Shown here piece by piece: positions 1-14,757 of a stretch of DNA of 64,000 nucleotides. Numbering within the stretch: the stretch's first letter is position 1; every line of letters begins with the position of its first letter. The stretch comes from Styela clava (Eukaryota), in NCBI RefSeq assembly GCF_964204865.1, contig NC_135256.1:4154001-4218000 (forward strand). Reading direction: 5' to 3'. The notes under the pieces are model-generated. The model was not told where the DNA came from, searched no databases, and saw nothing but the letters and a program-made list of their open reading frames with translations. Made by a program: the position numbers and the translations under genes.

Positions 1-2675
1 CAAGGCTGTACTGAGCCCTTATAGTCGACGTTCAGATTTGAGATCGGACGCCAATTTCTCAAATCTGAGCGTTGGCTTTCTTATAAATCAAGCGAACTCT
101 GACAAGAATTTAAGAATCTGGCAATATGCCAGATAACATAATAATATTTATTAGAATGGTGAATTTTTTTTTATCAGGTACCAAAACGCCACATAGAACT
201 CTTTTGAGAAGCCGTCCAAACCGGGCGATTTTCCATGCTTTTAATTATATGAAAAACTTCCTTTCCAGGAGTCGTGGATGAAATATTATCTACATATTCC
301 TGATTCAAAGACGTAGTTTTAAGAGTATCTAAATATGTCTTTTGGGTCGCTGTATCTATGTCAGATACAGTGCCTCAAAGTCCGAATAAAAATTTTCGAC
401 TATATTCAAAATTTCTTCCTTTTTTTTATGATTTCGTTGTTGTCTTTTAGTTTCAAAACGGTAGTTTCAGCTTCCCTTTTTTTAATTTTCTGAAAAAATA
501 TTTTTGTTGTTATTTTACCAATCTCGGTTTCATTGATTTTGGCCTTTAATTTAATGTAATATAATTCCCACCATTTCTTGATATGGGAAAAATTGTTCAT
601 ATGGTGGACCAGATCATGATATTTATTAGTGATTATGTCTGTATAGTGTGCATCACCATACAAATTAGGATTCTTCTTCCACGCACCCTTGCGCCACATT
701 ATCTTCATAGAAGATCTTAATACAAGGACTGGAACAAGAGTGTGGTCAATAACGGTGTTTATAATATGGTTGATATTTTTTATACTTCTTTGTTGTGTCC
801 CAATTTTACATGTGTAAAATTGGCCGTCAGGTTTTTTATTCCGTTAAATATCCACCATATTAAAAACTTGCATGATGGTACCTTATATTTTCACTGCCCC
901 AGATAGCTTAAAATGATGTTTAATAAGAACATCACGCTCATCTATGGCAGAGTTAAAATCACCAGGCTATGATTATAAACAATAAAGGATGCAGGGTCTG
1001 ATAAACACTGCACATATTCTCCATAAAGTCTGTCTGGATGTGGCCTCAGACAGACGGGACATACGCATTTAATATAGAAAAATTATTATTATCAAACGCG
1101 GAGTCGAGTTTTCCCCGTTCCAGATTTAAAATATTTATAAGATGTATCTTCATGGAAGATGAGATTAAGATGCGCAGTGTAACCCGGATCATTGGCCCAA
1201 GTTTGGATGACATTATGGTTACAGCGATGGACTTGCTTTGCTGTAAATCAATAATATCCATTGATAAAATGGCGAAGAAAAAATACCAGCTATTAGTATA
1301 TATAGATATAATACAGCTATATTTATTATTAAGGTATTATTTACAAAAAATATTGGCAAAAGAGACTGTTAAAAATGAGTGACCACCAAACGAAGTGTAT
1401 TTTTGATATGAATGGTAGAATGAAAGAATTAAATTATGGTATTTTATCCTCTTCTTCGGAATGCAGAATAGCAACAATCCTGGATTTATGTGGGGACAGG
1501 ACAAGAGAGGTGTCGGATGTTCCTGACGAACTATCCCGTGCTTTTTTGTCATCCCTAAAGACAGAGTTGAGGGCTATCCTTAAATTGTCCCACTCTGGTC
1601 CCGGTTTCTTCGTTTTTCCATGGCTCCTAAGTTTTTTCCTAAAAAGACGCATGGTCCTCATCTGAGCTATCCGAGAGTTTGGCCAGATTTAACGGTCCAT
1701 CCTCCGAAGAGCTCTGCTCCTTTTTAATGTTGTTATTCGAAATTACTACTACGGAATTTTTCGGGTTTCGAACCGATTTTGAATTATTTTCATTCCTCTC
1801 ACCTAATTTCCACTTTAATTAAGAGGGATTCGACTCCAAAGAGTCAGAAATTTCCCTTATATCTGTAGGGATGGGATTTGGTACCACCCTAACCAGACTA
1901 GAAAATATATCCTTTTTTTTAGATGGGATTATAGTTACAATATTTTCTTATCCGAGGGTCGCTGTGACGACGATGGACTATAGGTAGAGTTTTGGGAAAA
2001 CTATACCTAGCAAGTTTTATTGAAGTATTCAACGCGGGTACATCAACAGGAGAGCTCGTGCGAGGTGTTATTGCTTATGTCGCTACCCAATTTCTCGGCA
2101 GACGGAAAAGCTGGGAATTCGGTGCAATCTTTCTGGATGTGACCCGACTTTTTGCACAAACGACACGATGGCGGCTGAACACAATCTCGGACAAATGCCC
2201 AGATTAAAAGCAATTAAGGCAAGATTTTATATAGAGCTTTGTTGGGGGATACGACTTACAACGTTGATGAAATCAGGGAATTAGATATTTCAAATTCATC
2301 GACGATGGCTTGAAAATAGCCATTATATACTCGGGTTGTTTTTTTGAGTATATCTTTAAAACTCGCCTAAAGGTCCCAAAATTCAAGGAATTGAGCATGG
2401 ATTTAATTTTCTCCAGCATGGCTTCTGTTGGTATGTCAAGCACACTGATCCGTGTGCCAGGGCCACGAGGAAGACCAAATTTCAGATTGCCTATTCAAAT
2501 TATTTCTAACACTATCTAAAAAGTTGTTCCGCCATCCGTGGGCTGGAATGTGAGATTTCATAGGTCCTGCCGGATGGGAAAAATACCCTCAACAAAGGAT
2601 TTAAAAGGATGCAGTTTTTCAACGGTGGAGAAGACTTCGTGAAAAGCAGAGACGGTCGGTATGTCTTGTGATGTG
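1..2675 (-). mobile_element. Tx1-clade element, family A, decayed and internally deleted (ORF1, EN, start of RT joined to ORF2 C-terminus)
   Basis: Remnants PRGPGTRISV (ORF1), NAYVPSV, WRKGAWKKN and WRPISNLNVDYK; many frameshifts; near-duplicate of 2680-5720. Confidence 0.85.
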
Positions 2676-2679
2676 GGGG

Positions 2680-5600
2680 GCATAGAATTGCTATATAAAG
2701 ATGGATTTGTGAACTTTATTGGCCAAGGCTGTACTCTGGGCCCTTATAGTCGACGTTCAGATTTGAGATCGGACGCCAATTTCTCAAATCTGATGCGTCG
2801 GCTTTCTTATAAATTAAACGAACTCTGGCTTTTTTTAAAGCATCTGGCAATATGCTAGATAACATAATAATATTAATTAGAATAGTGAATTTTAAGTACG
2901 AATACGCCACATAGAACTCTTTTGAGAAGCCGGGCGACTTCCCATTTTCCATGGTTTTAATTATATGAAAAAACTTTCCATGAGTCCAGACTAAAAGATT
3001 ATCTACATCTTCCTCATTTAAAGACGTAGTATTAAGAGTATCTGAATATGTCTTTTGGGTCACTGTATCTATGTCAGATACAGTGCCTCAAAGTTCGAAT
3101 AAAAATTTTTGACTATATTCAAAATTTCTTCCTGTTTTTTTTTTTATGAATCCGTTGTTGTCTTTTAGTTTCAAAACGGTAGTTTCAGCTTCCCTTTTTT
3201 TTAATTTTCTGAAAAAATGTTTTCGTTGGTTTTCCACCAATCTCGGTTTCATTGATTTTGGCCTTTAATTTAATGTAATCTAATTTATTTTTATGATATA
3301 TATGATATAGAAGAAGCTCCTGCCGAAGTTTGATCCCCGAGACATTATCGGTGCCTTCTCTAATTAAAAATTCAAGATGTTCCACTTTTCTTCTATTATC
3401 CTTTGCTTTTTAGATCAATTAGGCAATAGATGTTTTTCTCAGAGCTAAATTTAACAAAATCCCACCATTTTTGGATATGGGAAAAATTGTTTATATGGTG
3501 GACCAGATCATGGTATTTATTAGTGATTATGTCTGTATAGTTTAGGTATTTATTAGTGAATATGTCTATATAGTTTGCATCACCATACAAATTAGGATTC
3601 TTCTTCCACGCACCCTTGCGCCACATTATCTTCATAGAAGATCTTAATACAAGGACAAGAACAAGAGTGTGGTCAAAAACGGTGTTTATAATATGGTTGA
3701 TATTTTTTATACTTCTTTGTTGTGTCCCAATTTTACATGTGTAAAATTGGCCGTCAGGTTTTTTATTCCGTTAAATATCCACCATATTAAAAACTTGCAT
3801 GATGGTACCTTATATTTTCACTGCCCCAGATAGCTTAAAATGATATTTAATAAGAACATCACGCTCATCTAGGGCAGAGTTAAAATCACCAGGCTATGAA
3901 TATAAACAACAAAGGATGCAGGGTCCGATTTACACTGCACATATTCTCCATAAAGTCTGTCTGGATGTGGCCTCGGACAGACGGGACATACGCATTTAAT
4001 ATAGAAAAATTATTATTATCAAACGCGGAATCGAGATTGTTAGGGATAAGATTATTATATGTACAAGAGATATTATTTTTAATCAAAATCCCCGTTCCAG
4101 ATTTAAAATATTTAACAGATGTATCTTCATGAAAGATGGTATTAAGATGCGCAGTGTAACCCAGATCATTGGCCCAAGTTTGAATGACATTGTAGTTACA
4201 GCGATGGACTTGCTGTAAATCATTAATATCCATTGATAAAATGGCAAAGAAAAAAAAACTAGCTATTAGTATATATAGACAGAATACAGCTATATTTATT
4301 ATTAAGGTATTTTTTACATCAATAGTGGCAAAAGAGACTGGTAAAAATGAGTAACCACCAAACGAAGTGTATTTTTGATATGAATGGTAGAATGAAAAGA
4401 ATTAAATTATAGTATTTTATCCTTCTTCTTCGGAAGGCAGAATAGCAAAAATCCTGAATTTATGTGGGGACAGGACAAGAGAGGTGTCGGATGTTCCTGG
4501 CGAACTATCCCGTGCTTTTTTGTCATCCCTAAAAACAAAGTTGAGGGCTATCCTTGAATGGTCCCACTCTGGTCCCGGTTTCTTCGTTTTTTCATGGCTT
4601 CTAAGTTTTTTCTTAAAAGACGAATGGTCCTCATCTGAGCTATCCGAGAGTTTGGCCTGGTTTAACGGTCTATCCTCCGAAGAGCTCTGCTCCTTTTTGA
4701 TGTCGTTATTCGAAATTACTACTACGGAATTTTTCGGGTCTCAAACCGATTTCGAATTATTTTCATTCCTCTCACCTAATTTCCACTGTAATTAAGAGGG
4801 ATTCGACTCCAAAGAATCAGAAATTTCCCTTATCTGTAGGGATGGGATTTAGTACCACCCTAACCAGACTAGAAAATATATCCTTTTTTTTAAAATGGGA
4901 TTATAGTTACAATATTTTCTTATCCGAGGGTCGCTGTGACGACGATGGACCGAGGGTCGCTGTGACGACGATGGACTATAGGTAGAGTTTTGGGAAAACT
5001 ATACCTAGCAAGTTTTATTGAAGTATATAGGTAGAGTTTCGGGAAAACTATACCTAGCAAGTTTTATTGAAGTATTCAACGCGGGTACATCAACAGAAGA
5101 GCTTGTGCGACTTTTTGCACAAACGACACGATGGCGCTGAACACAATCTCGGACCAATGCCCAGATTGAAAGCAATTAAGGCAAGATTTTATATAAAGCT
5201 TTGTTGGGGGATACGACTTACAACGTTGATGAAATCTGGGAATTTAGATATTTCCAAATCATCGACGATGGCTTGAAAATAGCCATTATATACTCGGGTT
5301 GTTTTCTTTGAGTATATCTTAAAAACTCGCCTAATGGTCCCAAAATTCAAGGAATTGAGTATGGATTTAATTTTGTCCAGCGTGGCTTCTGTTGGTATGT
5401 CAAGCACACTGATGCGTGTGCCAGGGCAACGAGGAAGACTAAATTTTAGATTGCCTATTCAAATTATTTCCAACACTATCTAAAAAGCTGATTCGCCATC
5501 CATGGGCTGGAATGTGTGTGTCATATGCCCTGCCGGATAGGAAAAATACCCTCAATAAAAAAATTAAAAGGATGCAGTTTTTCAACGATGGAGAAGACCT

Positions 5601-5720
5601 CGTAAAAAGCAGAGACGGTAGGTATGTCTTGTGATGTTATGACATCAACCGAATTGCCGCGAAAGACCTCCACCTCGTTAACGATAGCTATCTTGGCAAC
5701 GATAGCAATTCAGGGGCGGC
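2680..5720 (-). mobile_element. Tx1-clade element, family A, tandem duplicate of 1-2675
   Basis: ORFs 2716-3063 (GKSPG...WRPISNLNVDYK), 3886-4233 (EN) and 5189-5407 (ORF1); same deletion junction as the copy at position ~18. Confidence 0.85.
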
Positions 5721-5759
5721 TGTCAGATTGTATTTTACAATACAAGTGGTAATAGAGTA

Positions 5760-6610
5760 ACTATGCAACCATGGGTAGGGTATAATTTGATTTACAACCA
5801 GCCGCACAATATTTGTATTTATAAATAAATATCCATGTTGCAAGCCAAGAAGAATTGAGAAGCCAAGCCTCCTTTCTGTTGGGGCCCCTGTGCATCTTTT
5901 TTCTCGATATGGCCTCAAACATAAGAATTTGTAAAATACCTTGTTAATATCCTTTAAGCATTGTGAGTCCATAGCAATGCTTCTTGCAGGAAACAAAACA
6001 TGTTGCGTTGCCATTGAGTTTAAAATTACTAATTTGCCATTCTAGGTTAGGTCTCTTGCTTTACATAAATTGAAAAGTTGAGTATTTTTTGCCGAAATGG
6101 AGTCCCAAGTAATTTGATTGAATTTTTAATGTAGGTATGACGTGGAGTTCCTTGTAGTCGAATTTTTGTTTTGTCTGAGATACATAGAATTTTGGTTTTG
6201 TGAAGATTAATTGTTTGTTCCGTAGCCAATCCGTAGTTTGCAAGCTTCTGAAAAATATGGTTTAGTGAGGTGTTTATCTTGCACAATGAAGTTTTTGTCA
6301 TCGGCGTACTGATCTAATTTTTGTTCAGCTTTTCCATTTTCTTTTTTGGTGGTGTTTCCTCTTCTTCCATATCCACAACAGCTGCTCTGATCGTATCTTG
6401 TTTTAGTTTGTCGTCAATTAATTGTTCAAGTCCAGTATTTTAGCTTGGTTTTTAGGCTTCCCCTCTGTAAAAAGTAACTTTAGTTTTCGATGAAGTTGAT
6501 CATCTTTTGAGCATTGCTTCTTGGCCTTCAGTTTTGAAAAACAATCGACTGTTTCATGAGTTCCCTTTTACAAGCATCCCATCAGTCTTGTAAGCTATTA
6601 AAATTTAATT
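5760..6610 (-). mobile_element. Tx1-clade family B ORF2 fragments
   Basis: ggcgtactgatc (QYAD) near 6302-6313; 6350-6600 resembles 43130-43410. Confidence 0.6.
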
Positions 6611-8955
6611 TCCTAAACCAAGACAGAAATCTTGTCCTATTTATATTAATAATTTTTTCTATCTTGGCTATTTTTTCGTCCCAAATTTGATTCACGCGAT
6701 TATGCCCGTAGTAAATACCTAAAATTTTAAAACTATCGTGTACAAATTAATTATAGGCAAAGTAGGATATTAATTCTCTTGCCTTTTTATTTGTACACAA
6801 TATTTTAGTTTTTTCTTTAATAATTGTCTGGACAGTGGCTAGACGAAAAGACTCCCAATTCGTTGAATATGGCATCCACCGGGGCGCGTACTGGTCTAAT
6901 TTGTGATAGAAATTGCCAAATCTTAAACCATTTATTAAGTTATTATTTAATACACGGCGGCTGAGGGGCTCTACAAAGATGGTATACAATAGCTTACTCG
7001 GGGGTCATCCTTGACGAATGACCCTGAGTATGCTAATTTCCTTGGTAAACGCCCCATTCACCTCTATAATGCTAATCATGTCGGTGTATAGGGATTTAAT
7101 TAATCTCAAAGCATTTGGGCCTAAATTATTTACTTCGAGTAGCCTCAAAAGGTAATTGTGGTTGACCATATCAAACGCCTTGAGATTATCTATTGAAAAA
7201 ATTATGTAAATAGGAATATTTTTGAGATTGGCATATGATATTGCACTATTGGTGTTATAGTGAATATCGAAGATACTACGTCCCTGGATGGTACATTTTT
7301 GGGTAGTACTTAATATGCCGGAGAAAGTAGTTAAAAGACGATTTGTTAAGAGTTTTAGTCATTATTTTATAGTCGACGTTCAGATTTGAAATCGGACGCC
7401 AATTTTCCAAATCTGAAACGTCGACTTTCTTAAAAATTAAATTCACCCGAGCTATTTTTCGAAGATTTTGGGAGGATCCCAGAAAACAAAATATTATTAA
7501 TTAGAATAAGGAATTATTTTTTAATTTAATTCCAAAAAGTCATGTAAAATTCCTACGAAAAGCAGTCGAATCCTGGCGACTCCATTCTATTTATTATAAG
7601 AAAAATCTCGGTCGCCCAGTCTTCAATTAATTGGTTATCTTCTTCTTCTTGGGTCGACACATCAATTTCTGATGTGGTTCTCCATAGAATATAATAAAAA
7701 TTATGGACCACTTATTATTTCTTTTTTATCTTTTATAATTCCAAATTCATCTTTTAATTGGACAATAATTTTTTGAAAGAAGATTTTTGGGGGCTCTTTT
7801 GTATCCTGGATCCGAGCTTTTAGTTTTATATATTCCAATTTTTGTTCCTGTTGGAGAGTTTGTTTCGGAGATTCATAATTTCAGTCTGGTGTTGACCTTC
7901 TTTTATCAAAAGTTCCATATGATTTCTTTTCATCTTATTTTCTTCTGCTTTTTTGATGGTATAAGCAGAAAGAGCTTTCTTGATGCGATATTTGACGTAA
8001 TCCTACCCTTTCTGGATGAGAGAACAATCTTCTAAATGGTGGACCAAATCTTTATATAATATATAAGGGTTTCTTATAAAAAACAATATTATTTTTCCAC
8101 ACACCCTTGCCTCACCTTATTTTCATAGAAGACTTCAATTCAAGGACTGGGACAATAGTGCGGTCGGAAACGGTTTTATTTAAATAAAGGATATTTTTTA
8201 CACAGCTCACGTAGTTTTCTGACACATAGATGCGGTCGATCCTACGTGACTGTGTGTCTATTGTACAAGTATTTAATTGTCCAGCAGGATGTCTCCTGCG
8301 AAAAATATCTACCATGCCTAATTTTTTAAAGGATTGTCCCAGTATTTTTTCTGCCTCGAAGCGTTTAAAGTGATGATCAGGAGAAGAGAGATTAAAAAAT
8401 ACTATAACTGTATATTGACATTATGCAATCCACTATAAAGCGTACAAAGCGTTGAGCATAGATTTTAACTGCTTTTTGGTCGCCTCAGTTAGAATTCCGT
8501 GGACACTAATACGCGTGCCAGCACCACACGGAAGAGGAAATGTTATAGAACCAGATGGGGTATCGAGTTGGCCGACTACGGAGGTAAGAAACTTCTCTCG
8601 ATTACCACCATCTGCGGAACTGAAAGTTATGTACCAAAGATTTTTATTAATTGGAAATATTCTTTCTACAAGATGTTTAATAGGGACGAAGCTGTTCAAC
8701 TGTCGTGAAGAGCTCATAGAACGCAGAGACCGTAGGAATGTCCTTCGATGTCAACGCGTCTACTGACTCTCCACGACGTACTTCAAGGTTTTTGACGTTG
8801 GCAACCTTAGGCAGCGACGCCGCAACACTGATAAACAGTGGCTTTAGCGCCGAAGTAGAAGCCGAAAGCCTCAAAGAAAATACTCAAGAGAGCGAGGCCA
8901 CTCCCAATACACCAAGAAATTAGAGCGGGCTGGCAATGCCACAATTCAGTTGTAA
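6611..8955 (-). mobile_element. Tx1 family A element with deletions (head, ORF1 N-half, EN, RT)
   Basis: Conserved head 8866-8955; ORF1 8433-8874; SRRIDRIY 8112-8315; KLDQYA 6747-6989. Confidence 0.85.
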
Positions 8956-9205
8956 TTTTTTTTTTTTAAAAAGCAGGCCGCAACCCACCGATACTTACTT
9001 TTTTTCATACATACGTCTTTTCAGGGAAGGCTTGTAGATCTTGTTTCCTGTAAATACCTGTTAGCAGGCAAACTAAGAACACCAGAAGAAAACAGATATC
9101 CAGAGTTAACGGACACTTCCGTGGCAGGAGAGAGTTAGGAGAAATGCACCTTGATGCACACTCATGTTAACTCTCCCTGCCACGTGATGCTCGTCTCCCC
9201 TAGAA

Positions 9206-9603
9206 CAGTGCTCTGCAACCGGTGTGCCACGAGACGATGCCAGGTGTACCGCACAGAAATTCCACTGGATGTGTTTTGGACCTCAATAAAAGAAGAATAT
9301 AAGCACATTTCCAATGCAGCTATTGAAATATTGCTCCAGTTTTGCACAACTTATGTGTGCGAACAAAGCTTTTCCTCTTTATTACTGATCAAAAATGATA
9401 AACGATCCTGTATAAAAGATGTTGACGGCGAACTTCGAGTTGCTCTTTCACGTATTGTGCTCATTAAAACAACCACAAATCTCTAATTGAAATACAAACA
9501 TAAAACAAAGTTACACTTTGTTTTTTTCGTTTGTTGTGGTGTGCCGTCGAATTCGGCAAGATTTATAAGTGTGACGCAAGTTAAAAAAGGTTGCGGAGCA
9601 CTG
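9206..9603 (+). mobile_element. hAT (Buster/Charlie-type) deletion derivative
   Basis: TIRs CAGTGCTCTGCAACC / GGTTGCGGAGCACTG; perfect 8-bp TSD CCCTAGAA; transposase C-terminal remnant FCTTYVCEQSFS. Confidence 0.92.
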
Positions 9604-12600
9604 CCCTAGAAAATGAGAAGGAGAGAGAAGTGAGGAAGAGACGATTTAAAAGGTTATGAAGGAAGGAATATTAGGAAAGAAAAAAATAAGAATTGTAAGA
9701 AACAAACAAAAAAACCTTTACCAAAAAAGAAGCCAAGATTCCTAGTGTATTTGGCGATTAAATATATATAAGATTGTTTGAATTGCTATGTTAATTATAT
9801 TATTTTATACTATTATTAATAAGAACATAGTGTTCATTAAAAAAGATATACAGTAATAGTAGAAAAGTAACTTAATTGTGTTATAAATAGGTATTTCCTG
9901 GAGAGGAAGAGAGCTATAAGAGATTATTAGTATCTTGGAGCATGAGGTTTCCAATTATTAAAAGGTATGGCCGGATAGAATCTCCGACTCACGCTCCAAG
10001 AGGTGCTGATAAAAATTTTCTAAAACAGATTTAGTTATATTATTAACATCGTTTATCTTGACATATCGATCTTCTTTATCAAAAGCCCTTTTTAAGTTAA
10101 TTATCTGAACTTTTATAATTTGAGAAATCTTAAGAACCGATAAAGCACAGTTGTTAATATAAGTGTTAAAAAAGATTTCTTTTATTTGTACACTTATCGC
10201 GCTTAAAACTTCTTCATTTAAAAAGTTATGGACTCTCGATGACATGTCAAGACAAACGGTGCATTCCAAAAAAATATGCTGGGTAGTATCCAGCCCGGCG
10301 TTACAAAATTTGCAATTTAGCTTCAGCAGACGGTTATTAAATTTGTTATACTTGAAACCCGTCTGCTTCCGCCGTTGTCCGAATAAGAAACCGTTCCGCG
10401 CAACCCTATACGAAATCTCCCGCTCATGATTATTAAAATGTTTTCTAAGATGCCGACTGAGAAGATGAACACGTTCCCCGTCGACATCGGTTAGAGAGAG
10501 GAGCTTATAATAAATATTTCGGAAGTTGGAGGTTTCCCACTCCTCAATCGAAAAGGCCAGTCTTTGAAAAAGAATAAATCTTATCGATCAGGGTTCAGGT
10601 AGACAAGGGCATGGAATTATTGAACAAAGATGGATTGTTTATTTTAATTCTGCTGCCAAGGCTGTACTGGGCCTCTCTATGCCAGAATTGTCTGGGATTA
10701 GTTATAGAGACCAGATGTTTTAGTTTTTAGCCTGACAGGCATCAATTTTAGTCCGAAGACTAATTACGCCCACGCGCCTTTATCCATATCGTCCTGAAGG
10801 ACCCTCCTACTAAGAATCTCCATTGGTTCAGAGGACCAGATGAAGGAAAAAATGGATTGCTCAATTATCTCTTTGATTTGGGACGGTATGGGAACCGACC
10901 TTACATTATACACTACCTGGGACAAGATGAGTGAATTGATTACTACAATCTTGCCATACCAGGAAAGAGAACGAATTTTACTAAGATTAAATATTTTATT
11001 AATATTAGCAATTTTTCCTTGCCAGGCTTTGGCTATCTGGTCTTTACCAAAAAAAAAACTAGAATTTTGACAGAGTCTTTTACAAGATTATTAGATCTCT
11101 GGCCCGTTGGTTTGTTCAAAAAATCTCTGTTTTATTTGTAATAATTGCCTGACGTGTGGAGGAATAAAAAAGATCCAATTCCTTTAATATAGCATCAACC
11201 GAGTATGCATCGGATACAACAAAAGTAGCATCGTCCGCATACTGGTCTAGCTTGTGTTGGAATGTACCTATCTTTAAACCTTTTAATGGATTATTATTTA
11301 TTACTCTACGGCTCAGGGGATATAGGTGTGGCATATAGGATCCTAGACGAATGCCCCAGAGTATGTTGATCTCCGTTGTGAAAGCCCCATTTACCTCAAC
11401 GATGCTACTTATATCATAATACATTGAATTTATCAATTTCAAGGCGCTCTCACCTATATTTAATCATATCGAACGCCTTGAGATTGTCTATACAAACTAT
11501 ATAACAGGGGATGTTCTTATTCCTGCTATAATTTAATGCACTAGTAATATTGTAGCGTATATCAAAAATACTGCGTCCAGGATTAGTAGTACACTTTTGT
11601 GTATTATTAACTATAGAAGAAAGGGGTCCCATGAGGCGTTTGGTGAGGAGTTTGGCGACGACCTTGTAGTCGACGTTCAGATTTGAGATCGGTCGCCAAT
11701 TTCTCAAATCTGAAGCGTTGGCTTTTTTATAAATTAATTTAACGCGCGATTGTTCAAACGAATCTGGTAATAGACCAGACAACAGAAAATTATTTATTAA
11801 AATAGTGAACTCTTTTTTAATTAGGAACCAAAACGCCACATAGAACTCTTTTGAGAAGCCGTCCAAACCGGGCGGCTTCCCATTGTCCATATCTTTTATA
11901 ATGCTAAAAACTTCATCTTTATCAGTCCATTCCGAGATCTGGTTCACATCTTCCTGAGTTAAAGATGTGCTATTTAGGATATTCAAGTATTTCTTTTGGG
12001 TCACTTTATCGATGTCAGACACCGTTCCCCAAAGGTCCGTATAAAAATTCTCCATTATATTTAAAAAAAAATTTGGATTATCTGTTATAATTCCGTTGTT
12101 ATCTTTTAATTTCCAATTTGTGGTTTGCTTCTCGTTTTTTTATCTTTTGAAATATTTTTGTAGGTGTTTCACCAGTCTCGGTTACTTTTTTAGCCTTTAA
12201 TTTTACGTAAGTTTTTATTTTGACGAAGAATAATTCTTGCCGTAGTATGACAATCTTATCGTTGTCAGTACCTTCTTTAATATGATAGTTCAGTCGTTCT
12301 ATTTTTCTTTTAATTTTTGGAGGCTATATTTGACAAAATCCCACCATGTCTGAATATGAGAGTATTGATCTATCTGATGGACTGAATCATTATACTTATG
12401 TTTTATTATAATATAGTAATCACCATATAAGCTGGTGTTGTTCTTCCACGCACCCTTGCCCCACCTTATCTTCATAGAAGACTTTAATACAAGGACTGGG
12501 ACAAGGGTGTGGTCAGAAGCGGTATTTATAAAATGATGAATATTTTTGACACCAGTCACAAGGTTTTCAGAGATGTAGATTCTGTCTATCTGTCGTGATT

Positions 12601-14527
12601 GGGTCGTGTAAAGTTGGCCGTCAGGATATTTATTACAAAAGCTATCCACCATGCTAAAGGCTTGCATAGCGGAGGCTAGTATTTTCTCTGCCCTAGAGTT
12701 TGAAATGATGACTATTAAGAACATCACGCTCATCAGAGTTAAATTCGCCAGTTATAATTACGTGTAGCAAAGGATTCTGGGTCTGGATCACACTGCGCAT
12801 CTTTTTCATGAAGTCTTTCTGAATGTGGCCTCTGACAGACGGAACATACGAATTAACAATACAGTAAGTATTGTTATCGTAAGAAAAATGCAGTCTGTCG
12901 AGTCTATCGGGAATCAGACTTTTATATTCAACATCAGTTAAAGAGATATTATTTTTAATCAGAAACCCAGTTTCAGACTTGAGATATTTGATAGTTTTAT
13001 CTTCATGGTTGAGTGTATTAAGATGCGCAGTGTAACCCAGATCGTTGGCCCAAGATTCAATATTATTTTTATTGCAGCGGTGTACTTGCTGCATAGCAAT
13101 AATATTAGGTTTCTGGTTTTGAAGCCAGATACCTAACTTAAGCCGATTAGTAGCCAACCAACCCGTTGATATTAAAAGTGGCTATTTTTAAGGAGGCCAT
13201 TGATAAAGAGGCGAGGGAAAAATACTACATTACTGTTACAATATTAAAACATAATACAACTATATTATGTATTGAGGTATTAATTATATTTATTTAATAA
13301 TTTTATTATCATCATTACAAGCAGTGAAGAATGCCATATATGAAAATCCACAAAGATGAATCCTCTCACAAGTTGTAATAAAGATGGAAATGGAAGAATT
13401 TACTGAATTGGACATACTGTATATTATATTATTCGTCTTCCTCTAGACTCTAAAGAGGCAAGACGGAAAAAACTCTAGGAGGTTTCCCTGTCCCTTTTAT
13501 CATCCCGAAAAACTGATTGTTTGTCAATTCGGGAGTAATACCAATCTGGACCAGGTTCCTTCTGTTTGCCATGGCTTCGGAGTTTATTTCGAAAAGACGC
13601 ATGGTCTTCATCGGAACTCTCCTAGAGTTTGACCAGATTTAACGGACCATCCCCCAGAGAGTTCTCCTTCTCACTAATATTATTGTTATTTCTGGTTCAT
13701 CCTGGTTTTTCCCTAGGTTTAAACTATTTACTTTAATAATATCCAATTTCCCCTTCGTGTGAGATTGGTTTGAATCATGAGAGTCGAATATCTCACGTAC
13801 TTCTGCCGGAATAGGGTGTAAATCAACCCTAACCAGGCTGGAGTACTTGTTGGGTTTATTGGATGTTCCATCATTATTTTTTTTTTAAACAATCTCTGCT
13901 TTGATGGGGTGCTAAATGCTATCTTGGAAAAGCTATATCTAGCTGGCGTCGCGGAGGTGGATGTCGCTACCGAGTTTTTCAGCTGGTGGAATTGCTGGGA
14001 ACTCGGGACAGTCTCTCTGAATATGCCCCGATTTCTTGCAGAGACGACAAGACGGAGGTAATACGCAATCTCGGGCAAGATGCCCAGATTGGAAACAGTT
14101 CAAGCAATTTTTGATATAAAGCTCTGCAGGGAGGTACGTCATGCAACGTACCCCACAAATGTTGATGAAGTCTGGAAAATTGGATACATCAAACTCATCA
14201 ACAATGGTTTGTACATAGCTATTATAAACCCTGGTGTTTTTAACGAAGATCTTGAATAATCGCCGAACATTCCCGAAATTTAAAGAATTAAGCATCGACT
14301 TTATTTGGTCTATTGTGGCATCAGTTGGAATACTACGCACACTGATTCGTGTGCCAGGGCCACGAGGCAGACTAAATTTAAGTTCGCCCGACACTATTAA
14401 AAAAAACTTTCCGCGTAGAGACCCACCATCTGTTTGCTGAAAAGTCAAATTTCACAGACCCTGTCGAATAGGAAAAATAACCTCAACAAATAATTTTAAG
14501 GGGCGCAATTTTTCCTCGGAATTGAAA

Positions 14528-14757
14528 GATAAGATTTAAATATTTATCCCGGGGGATAGGAAAGCCGTCTTATCCATATGGCGAACCACGGCCTCTCGTC
14601 CGGTTACCATTCCAAGTCGGGTATGGGATTAGTTATATTGTTTGTTTTCGGAAGCATGGACTTGGTGGTGGAGGAAGCCGTAACCGACCAGCGGTTACGT
14701 GAACCACCCAACGACGGCGAGGAGTCCAGCAATCCTCTCGCACATAACCATCCCTGC
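14528..14757 (-). mobile_element. SINE-like insertion in ORF1
   Basis: ~230-bp GC-richer insert absent from the paralogous ORF1 (compare ~51800); ends in an AAATCTTATC-type tail on the minus strand; no clear A/B box. Confidence 0.4.
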
